Source: Mobula birostris
Lineage: Eukaryota
Assembly: GCF_030028105.1 (NCBI RefSeq)
Contig: NC_092380.1
Coordinates: 21,911,144-21,975,143, forward strand
DNA length: 64,000 nucleotides
Reading direction: 5' to 3'
Position numbers and translations under genes: made by a program. The notes under the pieces were generated by a model. It was not told the origin of the DNA and ran no database searches. It saw nothing but the letters and a program-made list of their open reading frames with translations. Shown here piece after piece: positions 1-11,300 of this stretch (the stretch's first letter is position 1; every line of letters starts with the position of its first letter).

Positions 1-1430
1 ACCCTGCATTCTCATAACATTCTCCTCACATTTCACACTGCCATCTAGCTTTGTGTCATCTGCAAATTTGCTAATGTTACTTTTGATCCCTTCATCTAAA
101 TCATTAATGTATATTGTAAATAGCTGCGGTCCCAGCACCGAGCCTTGCGGTACCACACTATTCACTGCCTGCCATTCTGAAAAGGACCCATTAATCTCTG
201 CTCTTTGTTTCCTGTCTGCCAACCAATTTTCTATCCCTGTCAGCACCCTACCCCCAATACCATTTGCTCTAATTTTGCCCACTAACCTCCTATGTGGGAC
301 CTTATCAAAGGCTTTCTGAAAGCCCAGGTACACTACATCCACTGGCTTTCCCATGGCCATTTTCAGTTACATTCTCAAAAAATTCCAGAAGATTAGTCAA
401 GCGTAATTTCCCCTTCGTAAATCCATGCTGATTCAGACCTATCCTGCCACTGCTATCCAAATATGCCCCTATTTCATCTTTTATAATTAATTACAACATC
501 TTCCACACCACTGATGTCAGACTAACTGGTCTATAATTGCCTGTTTTCTCTCTCCCTCCTTTCTTAAAAAATGGGATAACATTAGCTACCCTCCAATCTG
601 CAGGCACTGATCCTGAATCTATAGAACATTGGAAAATGATTACCAATGCGTCCACGATTTCTAGAGCCACCTCCTTAAGTACCCTGGGATGCAGACCATC
701 TGGCCCTGGGGATTTATCAGCCTTCAGTCCCATCAGTTTACCCAACACCATTTTGTGCCTGATGTGAATTTACTTCAGTTCCTCTGTTACCCTAGGTCCT
801 CTGGCCACTATTACATCTGGGAGATTGTTTGTGTCTTCCCTAGTGAAGACAGATCCAAAGTACCTGTTCAGCTCGTCTGCCATTTCCTTGTTCCCCATAA
901 TAATTTCACCCGTTTCTGTCTTCAAGGGCCTGACTTTGGTCTTAACTAATTTTTTCCTCTTCACATACCTAAAGAAGCTTTTACTATCCTCCTTTATATT
1001 CTTGGCTAGCTTACCTTCATACCTCATCTTTTCCCCCCGTATTGCCTTTTTAGTTATCTTCTGTTGCTCCTTAAAAACCTCCCAATCCTCTAGCTTCCTG
1101 CTCAGCCTTGCTATGTTATACTTCCTCTCTTTTATTTTTATACTGTCCTTGACTTCCCTTGTCATCCACGGTTGCCCCTTACTCCCCTTAGAATCTTTCT
1201 TCCTCTTTGGAATGAACTGATCCTGCACCTTCTGTATTATTCCCAGAAATACCTGCCATTGTTGTTCCACTGTCATCCCTGCTAAGGTATCTTTCCAGTC
1301 AACTTTGGCCAGCTCCTCCCTCATGGGTCCATAGTCCCCTTTCTTCAACTGTAATACTGACACTTCCGATCTTCCCTTCTCCCTCTCAAATTGTAGATTA
1401 AAACTTATCATATTATAGTCATTTCCTTCA
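1..1430 (-). mobile_element. CR1 LINE ORF2 fragment (EN-RT linker and RT N-part, internally deleted)
   Basis: ORFs 770-1411 and 491-751: KSPGPDGLHPRVLKE, PADWRVANV, NYRPVSLTSVV; ORF 53-319 is the antisense shadow of the KAFDKVPH / SGVPQGSVLGP region. Confidence 0.9.
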
Positions 1431-1654
1431 TCTGATTACATATCTGTTCCTCAATGTTCTGGTGGCTATTGGGGGGTCTGTAGTACAATCCCATCTGTGT
1501 GACTGCACCCTTCCTATTCCTGAGTTCCACTCAAATAGACTTGTCTGATCTTTCCACTATGTCTCTCCTAAGTGCAGCTATGATATTGTCCCTGATTAGT
1601 AGTGTAACTCCATCCCCTCTTTTACTTCCTCCATCATCTTTTCTAAAACTTCAA

Positions 1655-2235
1655 AAACATAGAAAGATAGAAAACCGACAGCACAATACAGGCCCTTCGG
1701 CCCACAAAGTTGAGCCGAACATGTCCCTATCTTAGAAATTACGAGACTTCCCCATAGCCCTCTATTTTTCTAAGCTCCATGTACCTATCCAGAAGTCTCT
1801 TAAAAGACCCTATCGTATCTGCCTCCACCACCGTTGCCGGCAGCCCATTCCATGCACTCACTACTCTCTGAGTAAAAAAAACTTACCCCTGACATCACCT
1901 CTGTACCTACTCCCCAGCACCTTAAACCTGTGCTCTCTTGTGGCAGCCATTTCAGCCCTGGGAAAAGTCCTCTGACTATCTACACAATCAATGCCTCTCA
2001 TCACCTCTATCAGGTCACCTCTCATCCTCCATCACTCCAAGGAGAAAAGGCCGATTTCACTCAACCTGTTTTCATAAGGCATGCTCCCCAATCCAGGCAT
2101 CATTCCTGTAAATCTCCTCTGCACCCTATGGCTTCCACGTCCTTCCTGTAGTGAGGCAACCAGAACTGAGCACAGTACTCCAAGTGGGGTCTGACCAGGA
2201 TCCTATATAGCTGCAACATTACCTCTCAGCTCCTG
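1655..2235 (-). mobile_element. CR1 3' end inserted into an older CR1 (endonuclease region 1430-1655; ORF1 esterase region 2235-2735)
   Basis: Typical CR1 3' tail (tttctatgtt-like repeats on the minus strand); 2500-2730 minus reads as GFKFLDHW...RDGLHLN esterase-like ORF1. Confidence 0.75.
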
Positions 2236-3013
2236 GTATATTAATCACCTATTCCTGCCCGTCTCTCAATCAAGATTCAGTAATGGCTACAACATCATAG
2301 CTCCTTGAACTGACCCGTGCTCTAAGTTTATCACCCGTACCCAGAATAGCCCTAGCATTAAAATATACACACTTCAAACTATCTGATCCATCATACCTGT
2401 TATTTCAATTTTGCCTTTCAATACTTTCCCTGACATCCACCTTCTGGATCCTTCTCTTAATGACCTGGGTCTCCAGTTCCTGGCCCCTTCAAAACTAGTT
2501 TAAACCCTCACGAGCAACACTAGCAAACCTCCCAGTCAGGATATTGGTTCCCCACCAGTTCAGATGCAACCCGTCCCTCCTGTACAGGTCACCCCTCCCC
2601 CCCGATAAAGTTCCAATGATCCAAGAACTTGAAGCCCTGTCCCTGTGTCATCTCCTCAGCTACTCATTCATCCGTGCTATCACCCCATTCCTACCCGCAC
2701 TAGCCCGTGGCACCGGGAGTAGTCTGGAGATCACTAATAACTTTTTATATTTTGCACTGTACTGCTGCTACGAGACAATAAATTTTGTGACGCACGTCAC
2801 TCACCTGAGACTGATTCAGTTCTCCAGGTATTGAGGCAAAGAGTGAGACAGGAGGGCGTCCATCACATCTCTCTCCTGAAGCAGTAGGATGGCAGAGTTG
2901 TACAGCCTTCTGCCCAGGACATCCATATGGACCCCTTCCCTCCCAATCCCTCTCACCTGTTTTTCGACTCTGCCCTTGTACATGCTGTTTCTGTCTAAAT
3001 GCCTCTTAAACGC

Positions 3014-3429
3014 TGTCACGATGTGCGCTGACAATATCAGAACCCATAGGTAGAGGAAAGACAGACTCTGTTGTATAGAGACGGCGACAAGAGTTTATTC
3101 ATAATAATTCCGAAAGAAATTTGGCTCAGCCAAGCGACACCACGAGAAGTAACATTCTCAAAACTAGGACCCCATGATTGGCGTTAATTGGGCGTCTGCT
3201 TAAATAATACAAGTAACACAGAATCCCCAAGCCTATCAAGATAAACTTAACAAGCTTAAACAGAAAGCACCAGGAGAGCACATTACAAAGAGCGAGTCGC
3301 TTGAGAAAAACACTACGAACTCTAAACAATTAACGGCTCTTATTAAACAATTAACCAATTCAGGTGCTCTGAAAGCCTCAGCGCCTAATGCTCTCTGGCG
3401 CCCCACACAGGCCTGAGGAGCTCATTACA
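3014..3429 (-). mobile_element. Solo LTR (416 bp) inserted in a CR1 3' remnant
   Basis: TG...CA ends (tgtcacg...cattaca), 5-bp TSD aacgc/aatgc (CpG decay), minus-strand TATTTAA (~3206-3200) and AATAAA (3099-3094); the CR1 sequence resumes after it. Confidence 0.7.
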
Positions 3430-4239
3430 AATGCAGTGACTGCATCAGATTCCACCACCTCCTGTAGCAGCTCATTTCAAATGTCACTCACACTTGGTGT
3501 GAAATATCTCACCTCTCAGGTCCCCTTTAAATCACCTTCCTCTCTCCACAGCCTACCGCAGGGAGAGAGAGGGAGGGAGAGGGGGTGAGAGGGAGAGGGG
3601 GTGAGAGGGAGAGGGGGTGAGAGGGAGAGGGGGTGAGAGAGAGAGGGGGTGAGAGAGAGGGGGTGAGAGAGAGGGGGTGAGAGAGAGGGGGGGATGGGGA
3701 GAGGGGGGGTGAGAGGGGGGAGAGGGAGAGGGGGGTGAGGGGGGGAGAGAGAGAGAGAGACCATGACCACCCTCCTTATTTACGCCCCTCTTGATTTTAT
3801 AAACCTCTGTCAGGTCACCCCTTCAGTTCCGTTTGCCCCAGGCAAAACAGTCCCAAATTGCCCAGTCTCCGCTTACAACTCAAGCCTTCCGGTCCCAGGA
3901 ATGTCCTGGTGAATTTTTCTTCCACCCTCTCCACCTTCATATTGCTGGGTGACCAGAAAGGCACATATTACTCCCAGTAAGTGCAGCCTCACTGATGTAT
4001 AGCTGTCACAGGACATCCCGACCACTGTACTCGGTGCTCCAAATGGTGAAAGCCAGTGTGCCAAGCACCTTCTTCCCCTTTCCAGTGACTGCACTCTCAA
4101 GAAACCATATACCTGTACTCTGGGTCTCTCTGTTCCACAGCAAACCCCAGGGCCCTGACGTTCTACCATCTGTCCTGCTGGGCAACGAGAATGCACACTA
4201 CCCACTGAATTCCCTCTTGTGTTCGATACCCTGACCACA

Positions 4240-4715
4240 CAGAAAAAGTCCCTGATGACCTACCCTACTTGTACATTCTTAAGAGACTGAGAAGGCTTGG
4301 CTTATCACCGAACACTAACAAACTGCTACGGGTGCACTGTTGGAAGTGTCCTGGTTGCATCGCGGTCTGGCCCAGCAATTCAAATATGCAGAAATGTAAG
4401 AAGCCACAGACAGTAATGGGTGCATCCCCTCCCCACCGTCAGTAGTATTTACAGGAAGCAAAGCCTCAAAAAGCAGCACCATCAAAGACCTAAAGGCATA
4501 CAGGAACAGCTTCGTTCCCTCCATCGTCAGATTTCTGAATGCATAATGAACCCATCAACACTAACTCACTATTGCTTTTACTTCTCATTTTTGCACTATT
4601 TACTTTTAATTTAACTTCTTATCGTAATTTATACTTTTTTTATCATCATGTACTGCTGCCGCAAAATAACATATTTCACGAAGTACGCCTGTGATATTAA
4701 ACCTGATTCTGATTC
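4240..4715 (+). mobile_element. Rex1/Babar-type LINE 3' fragment
   Basis: Decayed FYRCTVESVLxGCIxxW-type coding remnant and attaaacctgattctgattc tail. Confidence 0.7.
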
Positions 4716-5137
4716 AGGTTTAGTATATTTGATGCCATGTCTGATTTTGGATCTTTAGCAGCCAACAGCAGGTCACAGGTACACACGTCCTTGATGTGAC
4801 CGTGCCTCTCCCAAGGTCCTCCATTGGCACCATATCGTGCCCTCCACCTCCTTGGCCTCTGATGCTCTAGGGCCAAATGGCATCAACCTCTCCCCACCAC
4901 AGGAGTTTTCCCCCACCCACCCTGGCTCCAGAACACTCTCCTCTTCCCTCCCCTCCATTGAGACCTCTGCAAGGCACTCTTGTGTGCCTCTCTCTCTCTG
5001 TCACACACCTCTCTCAGGTGGGGAGGCAGCTTGGAGTGTTTCTCCCACGGTGGAAGAGACGGGAGAGTGGAAGGGGAGGGAGAGAGTGGGTACCGTAGAT
5101 ATCAGTGTCCAACCCCTGGAGGGGAGAGAGGGGGCAT

Positions 5138-5360
5138 CTAGTTGCTGTTGAGGAGGGATTTAAGAGAGGAGCTGGAGAGGGTGTCGGGAGAGGCCAAATC
5201 AGCCCCCACACTCTGGGCTGTGGAGGGCCCCACAAGGACCTCTGTCGAATGCTTGTAGGTGACTGCCCAGCCTTTGGTGGTGTGGCAAGTGCCGAGATCC
5301 GACTGCCTTCTCAATGCCAAGAGGCCCAACGCCGTCTTCTGCTGAATTCGAGTGCAGATG
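5138..5360 (-). CDS. kremen2: kremen2 last coding exon (cytoplasmic tail)
   Basis: SICTRIQQKTALGLLALRR...GWAVTYKH...SSSSLKSLLNSN*; branch-like ctgac plus pyrimidine tract, and the first downstream AG is an AAG that is in frame. Confidence 0.8.
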
Positions 5361-8300
5361 CTTGGGGAAGGGCATGGTTGGAGAAAGGGGGGAGAAATGT
5401 CAGTGGAAGAGAACAGACAGGGTTGTCACACAGGCAGAAGGCGGCGAGGGGAAAGGTAGATGTCCAACATCCAGTCACAGAGGGAGGAGGAGAAGAGATA
5501 GATGTACAATCCCAGATAGAGGAGAGGACAGTGTGCCTGACGCCCAGTCCCAAAGGGGGTGGAGGATGTTGAGTCTGATGCCAAATCCCAGAGTGGAGCA
5601 GAAGACAGTGTGCCTGAAACAGGGGAGAGGATGGTGAGTCCGATGTCCACTTTCAGATGGGGGAGAGGACGGTGTGTCTGATGTTCAGTCTCGGGGGGGA
5701 GGGGTAACGGGAGAGGACGATGTGTCTGATGTCCAGTCCCGGTGGGGGGGGGGAGAGGACAGTGTGTCTGATATCCAGTCCCGGGGGGGGGAGAACGGGA
5801 GAGGACGGTGTGACTGATGTCCAGACCCTGGTGGTGGGGTTGGAGAGGACGGTGTGTCTGATGTCCAGACCCTGGGGGTGGGGGAACGAGAGAGGATGGT
5901 GTGTCTGATGTCCAGACCCTGGGGGTGGGGGAACGGGAGAGGATAGTGTGTCTGATGTCCAGACCCTGGGGGTGGGGGGGGGGAAAACGGGAGAGGACGG
6001 TGTGTCTGATGCCCAGACCCTGGGGGTGGGGGGTGGGGGACGGGAGAGGACGGTGTGTCTGATGCCCAGACCCTGGGGGTGGGGGAACGGGAGAGGATAG
6101 TGTGTCTGATGTCCAGACCCTGGGGGGGGGGGGGGAAACGGGAGAGGACGGTGTGTCTGATGCCCAGACCCTGGGGGTGGGGGAATGGGAGAGGACAGTG
6201 TGTCTGATGTCCAGACCCTGGGGGTGGGGGAACGAGAGAGGATGGTGTGTCTGATGCCCAGACCCCGGGGATGGGGGGGGGGGGGAATGAGAGAGGACGG
6301 TGTGTCTGATGCCCAGACCCTGGGGGTGGGGGAACGGGAGAGGACAGTGTGTCTGATGTCCAGTTTCAGACGGGGGAGAGGACGGTGAGTCTTACCTCTT
6401 GTGCAGGTGACACACTGTGACAAGGATAATGATGGCTGTTAGAGTGACGGCTGTGTACATGGCCCAGGCTAGAACAGGAGAGAAATGGGAGGGAGTTAGA
6501 ACCTGGGAGGAGACCGCCCCCCCCCCCGATGATCCTCCCTACCCGCCCCAAACAACACTCTCGCAACAGCCAAAGACAAGAATGGCAGGAAGGAAGCGGG
6601 ACACAGGGACAGAGGACCACATCTGGTTCCGACCCAACCCATGGTGCCTCCTTCCCTGCTCACAGCTCACCCCTCTGGTGAATCAGGTGTTGCTGCAGCT
6701 CCCAGTGACTGGGAACACAGCCCCTCCCTCCCTGCACCTCACTCTCACTACCATCCTTCACTCACACCCAACACTCTACACCCTCCTCTTTCTCCTGCCT
6801 CAGCCCCTCTTTCCCCTATCCCCTTTCCTTTAACCCTCCTCTCTTTCATCCCCCCCCTTCTCCACCTTCATTCCACAACCTCCTTTCTGCCCCATCTAGT
6901 ACCCGCCTCTGTGTTCCTGGCGGAGCATGCTGGGGCGAAAGGACGGAGTGACTCACCCAGCCCTTCTCCATCCCCATACCTGCTATTCCGGTCATCATCC
7001 TGTTCGAACGTCCGGTCCCTAACCCCTCGGTCTCTGTGGGGGAGGATCTCGGGGCTTCTGTCCATGTTCTGACATCATCATTCTCCAGACCTGGGTCAAA
7101 GTTCAAAGGCAGGTTGGTACGACTGAGGCCAGGGTTCAATCCCAATCCTTCACCCTATATCTGAATCCGAAAGTGTGTGATGCAATGGTGTAGAGGGAGC
7201 TCCACTCTGTGTCTGATCCTAAGAGTGTGTGATGGGATGGTGTGGAGGGAATTCCACTCTGTGCCTGATCCAGGAGTGTGTGGAGGGAACGTCACTCTAC
7301 GTCTGATCCAGGAGTGTGTGGAGGGAACGTCACTCTACGTCTGACCCAGGAGTGTGTGGAGGGAACGTCACTCTACGCCTGACCCCAGGAGTGTGTGGAG
7401 GGAACGTCACTCTACATCTGACCCAGGAGTGTGTGGAGGGAACCTCACTCTACGTCTGACCCAGGCGTGTGTGGAGGGAACGTCACTCTACGTCTGACCC
7501 CAGGAGTGTGTGGAGGGAACGTCACTCTACGTCTGACCCCAGGAGTGTGTGGAGGGAACGTCACTCTACGTCTGACCCAGGAGTGTGTGGAGGGAACGTC
7601 ACTCTACATCTGACCCCAGGAGTGTGTGGAGGGAACGTCACTCTACATCTGACCCAGGAGTGTGTGGAGGGAACCTCATTCTACGTCTGACCCAGGCGTG
7701 TGTGGAGGGAACGTCACTCTACGTCTGACCCCAGGAGTGTGTGGAGGGAACGTCACTCTACGTCTGACCCCAGGAGTGTGTGGAGAGAACGTCACTCTAT
7801 GTCTGACCCAGGAGTGTGTGGAGGGAACGTCACTCTACATCTGACCCAGGAGTGTGTGGAGGGAACGTCACTCTACATCTGACCCAGGAGTGTGTGGAGG
7901 GAACGTCACTCTACATGTGACCCAGGAGTGTGTGGAGGGAACGTCACTCTACGTCTGATCCAGGAGTGTGTGGAGGGAACGTCACTCTACGTCTGACCCA
8001 GGAGTGTGTGGAGGGAACGTCACTCTACGTCTGACCCAGGAGTGTGTGGAAGGAACGTCACTCTACGTCTGACCCAGGAGTGTGTGGAGGAAACGTCACC
8101 CTATACCTGACCCAGGAGTGTGTGGAGGGAACGTCACCCTATACCTGACCCAGGAGTGTGTGGAGGGAACCTCACTCTACGTCTGACCCAGGAGTGTGTA
8201 AAGCGATGGTGGGGGAGAGAGGGAGAGGGAAAAGGGAATAGAGGTGAAGAGGGGGCAAGGAAGATAGAGAGGTGAAGTGAAGAGGGTCAGGAGGTTGGGG

Positions 8301-11300
8301 CTGTGTGGAGCAAGCTAGCCTCCCCCACCCAGATCTCGCCTCTGTAGATCAGTGTGAAGGGGATGAAAGGAGTGGGGAGGAGGAGGGGGAAGAGGGAGGG
8401 CCATGACACTGTGAGGGAGCCTCTGTTGACTGGCACGGAGTGAGCTTGGGGGCTGGACTGGAGGGAGGGAGGGAGGGAGAGGCAGAGTGAAGAGGTGGGA
8501 TTAGTGAAGCGAGTGAGCCTTCCCCAGATCTCACCTCGGTAAACCAGTGCGAATCCCTGACCCTGGTGGACAGAGTTGGAGAGGAACCGGAGCCGGATCC
8601 AGCCGGCGTGGAAGTGGTGGGTCCCCAGGGGGGAGCTCCCCCCAGCGAAGGTGGCCAGCCGTAGCCCTGTCCGCCCCTCCTGCACTTCCAGCCGGTCGCC
8701 CCCCTCTCGCAGCTCGAAAAGGCGGATGTCCAGTTCAACGGCCTGGGTGCCTGGTGGCCGCAGGTCCCAGAGACACTCCGAGTCTGGCTTGTAGGTATCT
8801 GGGTATTCTGGGGAGTAGATTACACCAGAGCGGGAGCGCAGATCTCCCCCACATGACCCCACGGACACTGGGGGAGAGAAGGAAGGGGAAGAGTTAAGGA
8901 ATACTCCTCCCCTCTCCCATTCTCCCTCCCAATCCACACTGCTCACCCTTCACTCTCCCTTCATCTCCTCAATCTCCTCTCCCCATCCCTTCACTCTCCC
9001 CTCTCTCTCCTCACCTTCCCTCTTTCTCCTGGGACCCTCCCCCTCCCCCCTTGTATCCTCTCCTTTCCAAATCCCTGCTCTCCTTTCCCCCTCCCAGTCC
9101 TCTAGTTCCCATTCTCCTGCCCGATCCCTCCCTTCCCAATCCACTGCGACCCTCCCCTCTCCCTCAAGCCTCTGCTTCTCCCCTTCCCTGAGAAAGACTT
9201 CCCCTGTCTGGGATCTTCTCCCTTCCCCTTCTCCTCTCCCCACCTTCCCCCTTTCACTCCCTCCTTCTCCCCTCTCCCCCCCCCCAGACTCACCCTCGTA
9301 GACCCCGAGACGCCCGTCGCCCCCACACAGCTGGCTGGACTGCCCAAAGCAGACCTGGTTGCACTCCAGCAGGCTGGTCCGTCTCTGTCCGCGCAGGTCC
9401 GACCGGCTGCCGCAGAAACAGGCGTATCCCGCCTCCAGTCCTGCCAACTAAGGGGGGGGGGGGGGGGAGCGGTGATGAAGATCTGGTGGTCCTGACTCAG
9501 CCAACACCCCCCCCGTCCAACGTTCGTCCAACTCACGTCTCCCTCCTCCCATCACCTCTCTGACTCACCACACCTCTCCAAGGCCCCCCTCCCGTCCTGT
9601 ACTGTGCACTACGGTGGGGGGGGGGCAATGGTGGGTCTAACAACCCCAACCCCGTTACCCATTCCCTCCTACGGATCCCGGGGCTGGGGTCTCTGCCCAT
9701 TCTCAACCCTCGCACACTCAGCACCCCGGTACACACTAACACGACGCAGAACGATTGGTACACACACTCACACACGAAGATGCACACTCAAAAACACACA
9801 CACAGACACCAAAGTGATGCACACAGACAACTCGGGCACACAAGGGAAGACACACTCTCACTCACACAATCATCGGCTCTCACTCCACTCACTGGAATGC
9901 CGGGGGAGGGGCGCCCCTCTCCACTCCTGCCCTGCTCCCGTAAGCAGGCAACTTGGCTCCCCGTCCCGACGCCACCAGGGCCGAGACGTTCTCTCAGCAC
10001 CCCCCCGAACGCAAGCCGATGCAAGTCCGTGAGGACCACAGGAAAGTACAAACGCGACGAGGTCAAAGTCATAATACATATAATGTTACCAAATGGTACC
10101 CTGAGATTCGTTTTCTTGCAGGAAAATAAAGAAATTCTATTTCATAAATATAATTTATGAAGAAATGCGCGTAGACAGGGCAGCAAAGCGGGGGTGCGGG
10201 CTGCAGCAGGAGAGCTGGCGAGCATTTGCACGTGGATTCGTGTGCACACCAGCGAGTGTGCATGCAGGGCGATGTGCGCGGGCAATGAACACAAGATACT
10301 CTGCAGATGCTGGGGCCAAAGCAACACTCACAACACGCCGCAGGAACTCAGCAGGTCGGGCAGCGTGATGTGTGCGGGAAGCTGCATGCACACGGGGGAG
10401 AATCATGTATGGAGTCGTGTGCAGGAATGCACTGCTGGCGAGCGTGTATACAGGGAGATGCACGCACACAGGTGATAATGTATACGGGGTGGCCATGCAC
10501 TGCTAGCGGGGAGTGTGAACTGTCCCCACACCCACCGTCCGTGGCACAGCCTACCTCGTAGCCCTTCCGGCGGCAGAAGCGGACGCAGACCTGGACCGTG
10601 AGTTTGGTGGAGGTGCCGCTGCTGCCACTCAGCGTCGCCGGGCTCCCCGTATCCACGAAGCAGCCCAGGTAGCCTGGCACTGTGGAGATGGGCGGGGGGT
10701 AAGTGAGGGTCCAACTGGCAGCGGTCTGCACCCCCCCCCCCACAGGCTGCATGTTCGGTAGGGGTGGGGGCATTCACAAAAGGGGGTGCACGTGTGCATT
10801 TGTGAGTAAGAGTAGGAGGCTAGTGCATAGAGTGTACAGGGAATAGTGCATTGGGTGTGCAAGAAACTAGTACATTTGTGAGTGAGTGTGCCAGAAACTA
10901 TTGCATTTCTGTGGAGAAATTGATGTTCTTGCTTGCATGCAAGAGTTGGTGCAGCTGAAAGCATTTGGGAATTAGTGCACAGAAAAGTGTGCTCGCAAGG
11001 CTTCAGGAAATGTGCACATTTGTGCGTATGTGCGAGAACCTACTGTCCTGACGAAGGGTCTCGGCCTGAAACGCCGACTGCACCGCTTCCTAGAGATGCT
11101 GCCTGGCCTGCTGCGTTCACTAGCAACTTTGATGTGTGTTGCTTAACCTACTGCACTTGTGAGTGTGCACAAAATTGGTGCATAGTTAGGGCACTTGGTG
11201 AGAGGAGATCATCGCACTGGCAAGCATGTGAGAAAATAGTGCAATGGCAAGTGTGCAAGGATTCTGTGCACCAGTGGGTAAGAATTCAGTGCATGGCAAG

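Noticed and set aside
4773-4966. Alternative kremen2 last exon via acceptor at 4968-4967
   Set aside because: No KREMEN2-like tail motifs; exon 5360-5138 has them and a better pyrimidine tract.
6957-6979. Stronger-looking gtgagt donor for kremen2 exon 7 at 6956
   Set aside because: Gives phase 0, incompatible with the phase-1 transmembrane exon.
7262-8198. CRISPR-like regular array
   Set aside because: Units are directly adjacent with no unique spacers, there are no cas genes, and the DNA is vertebrate; it is a minisatellite.
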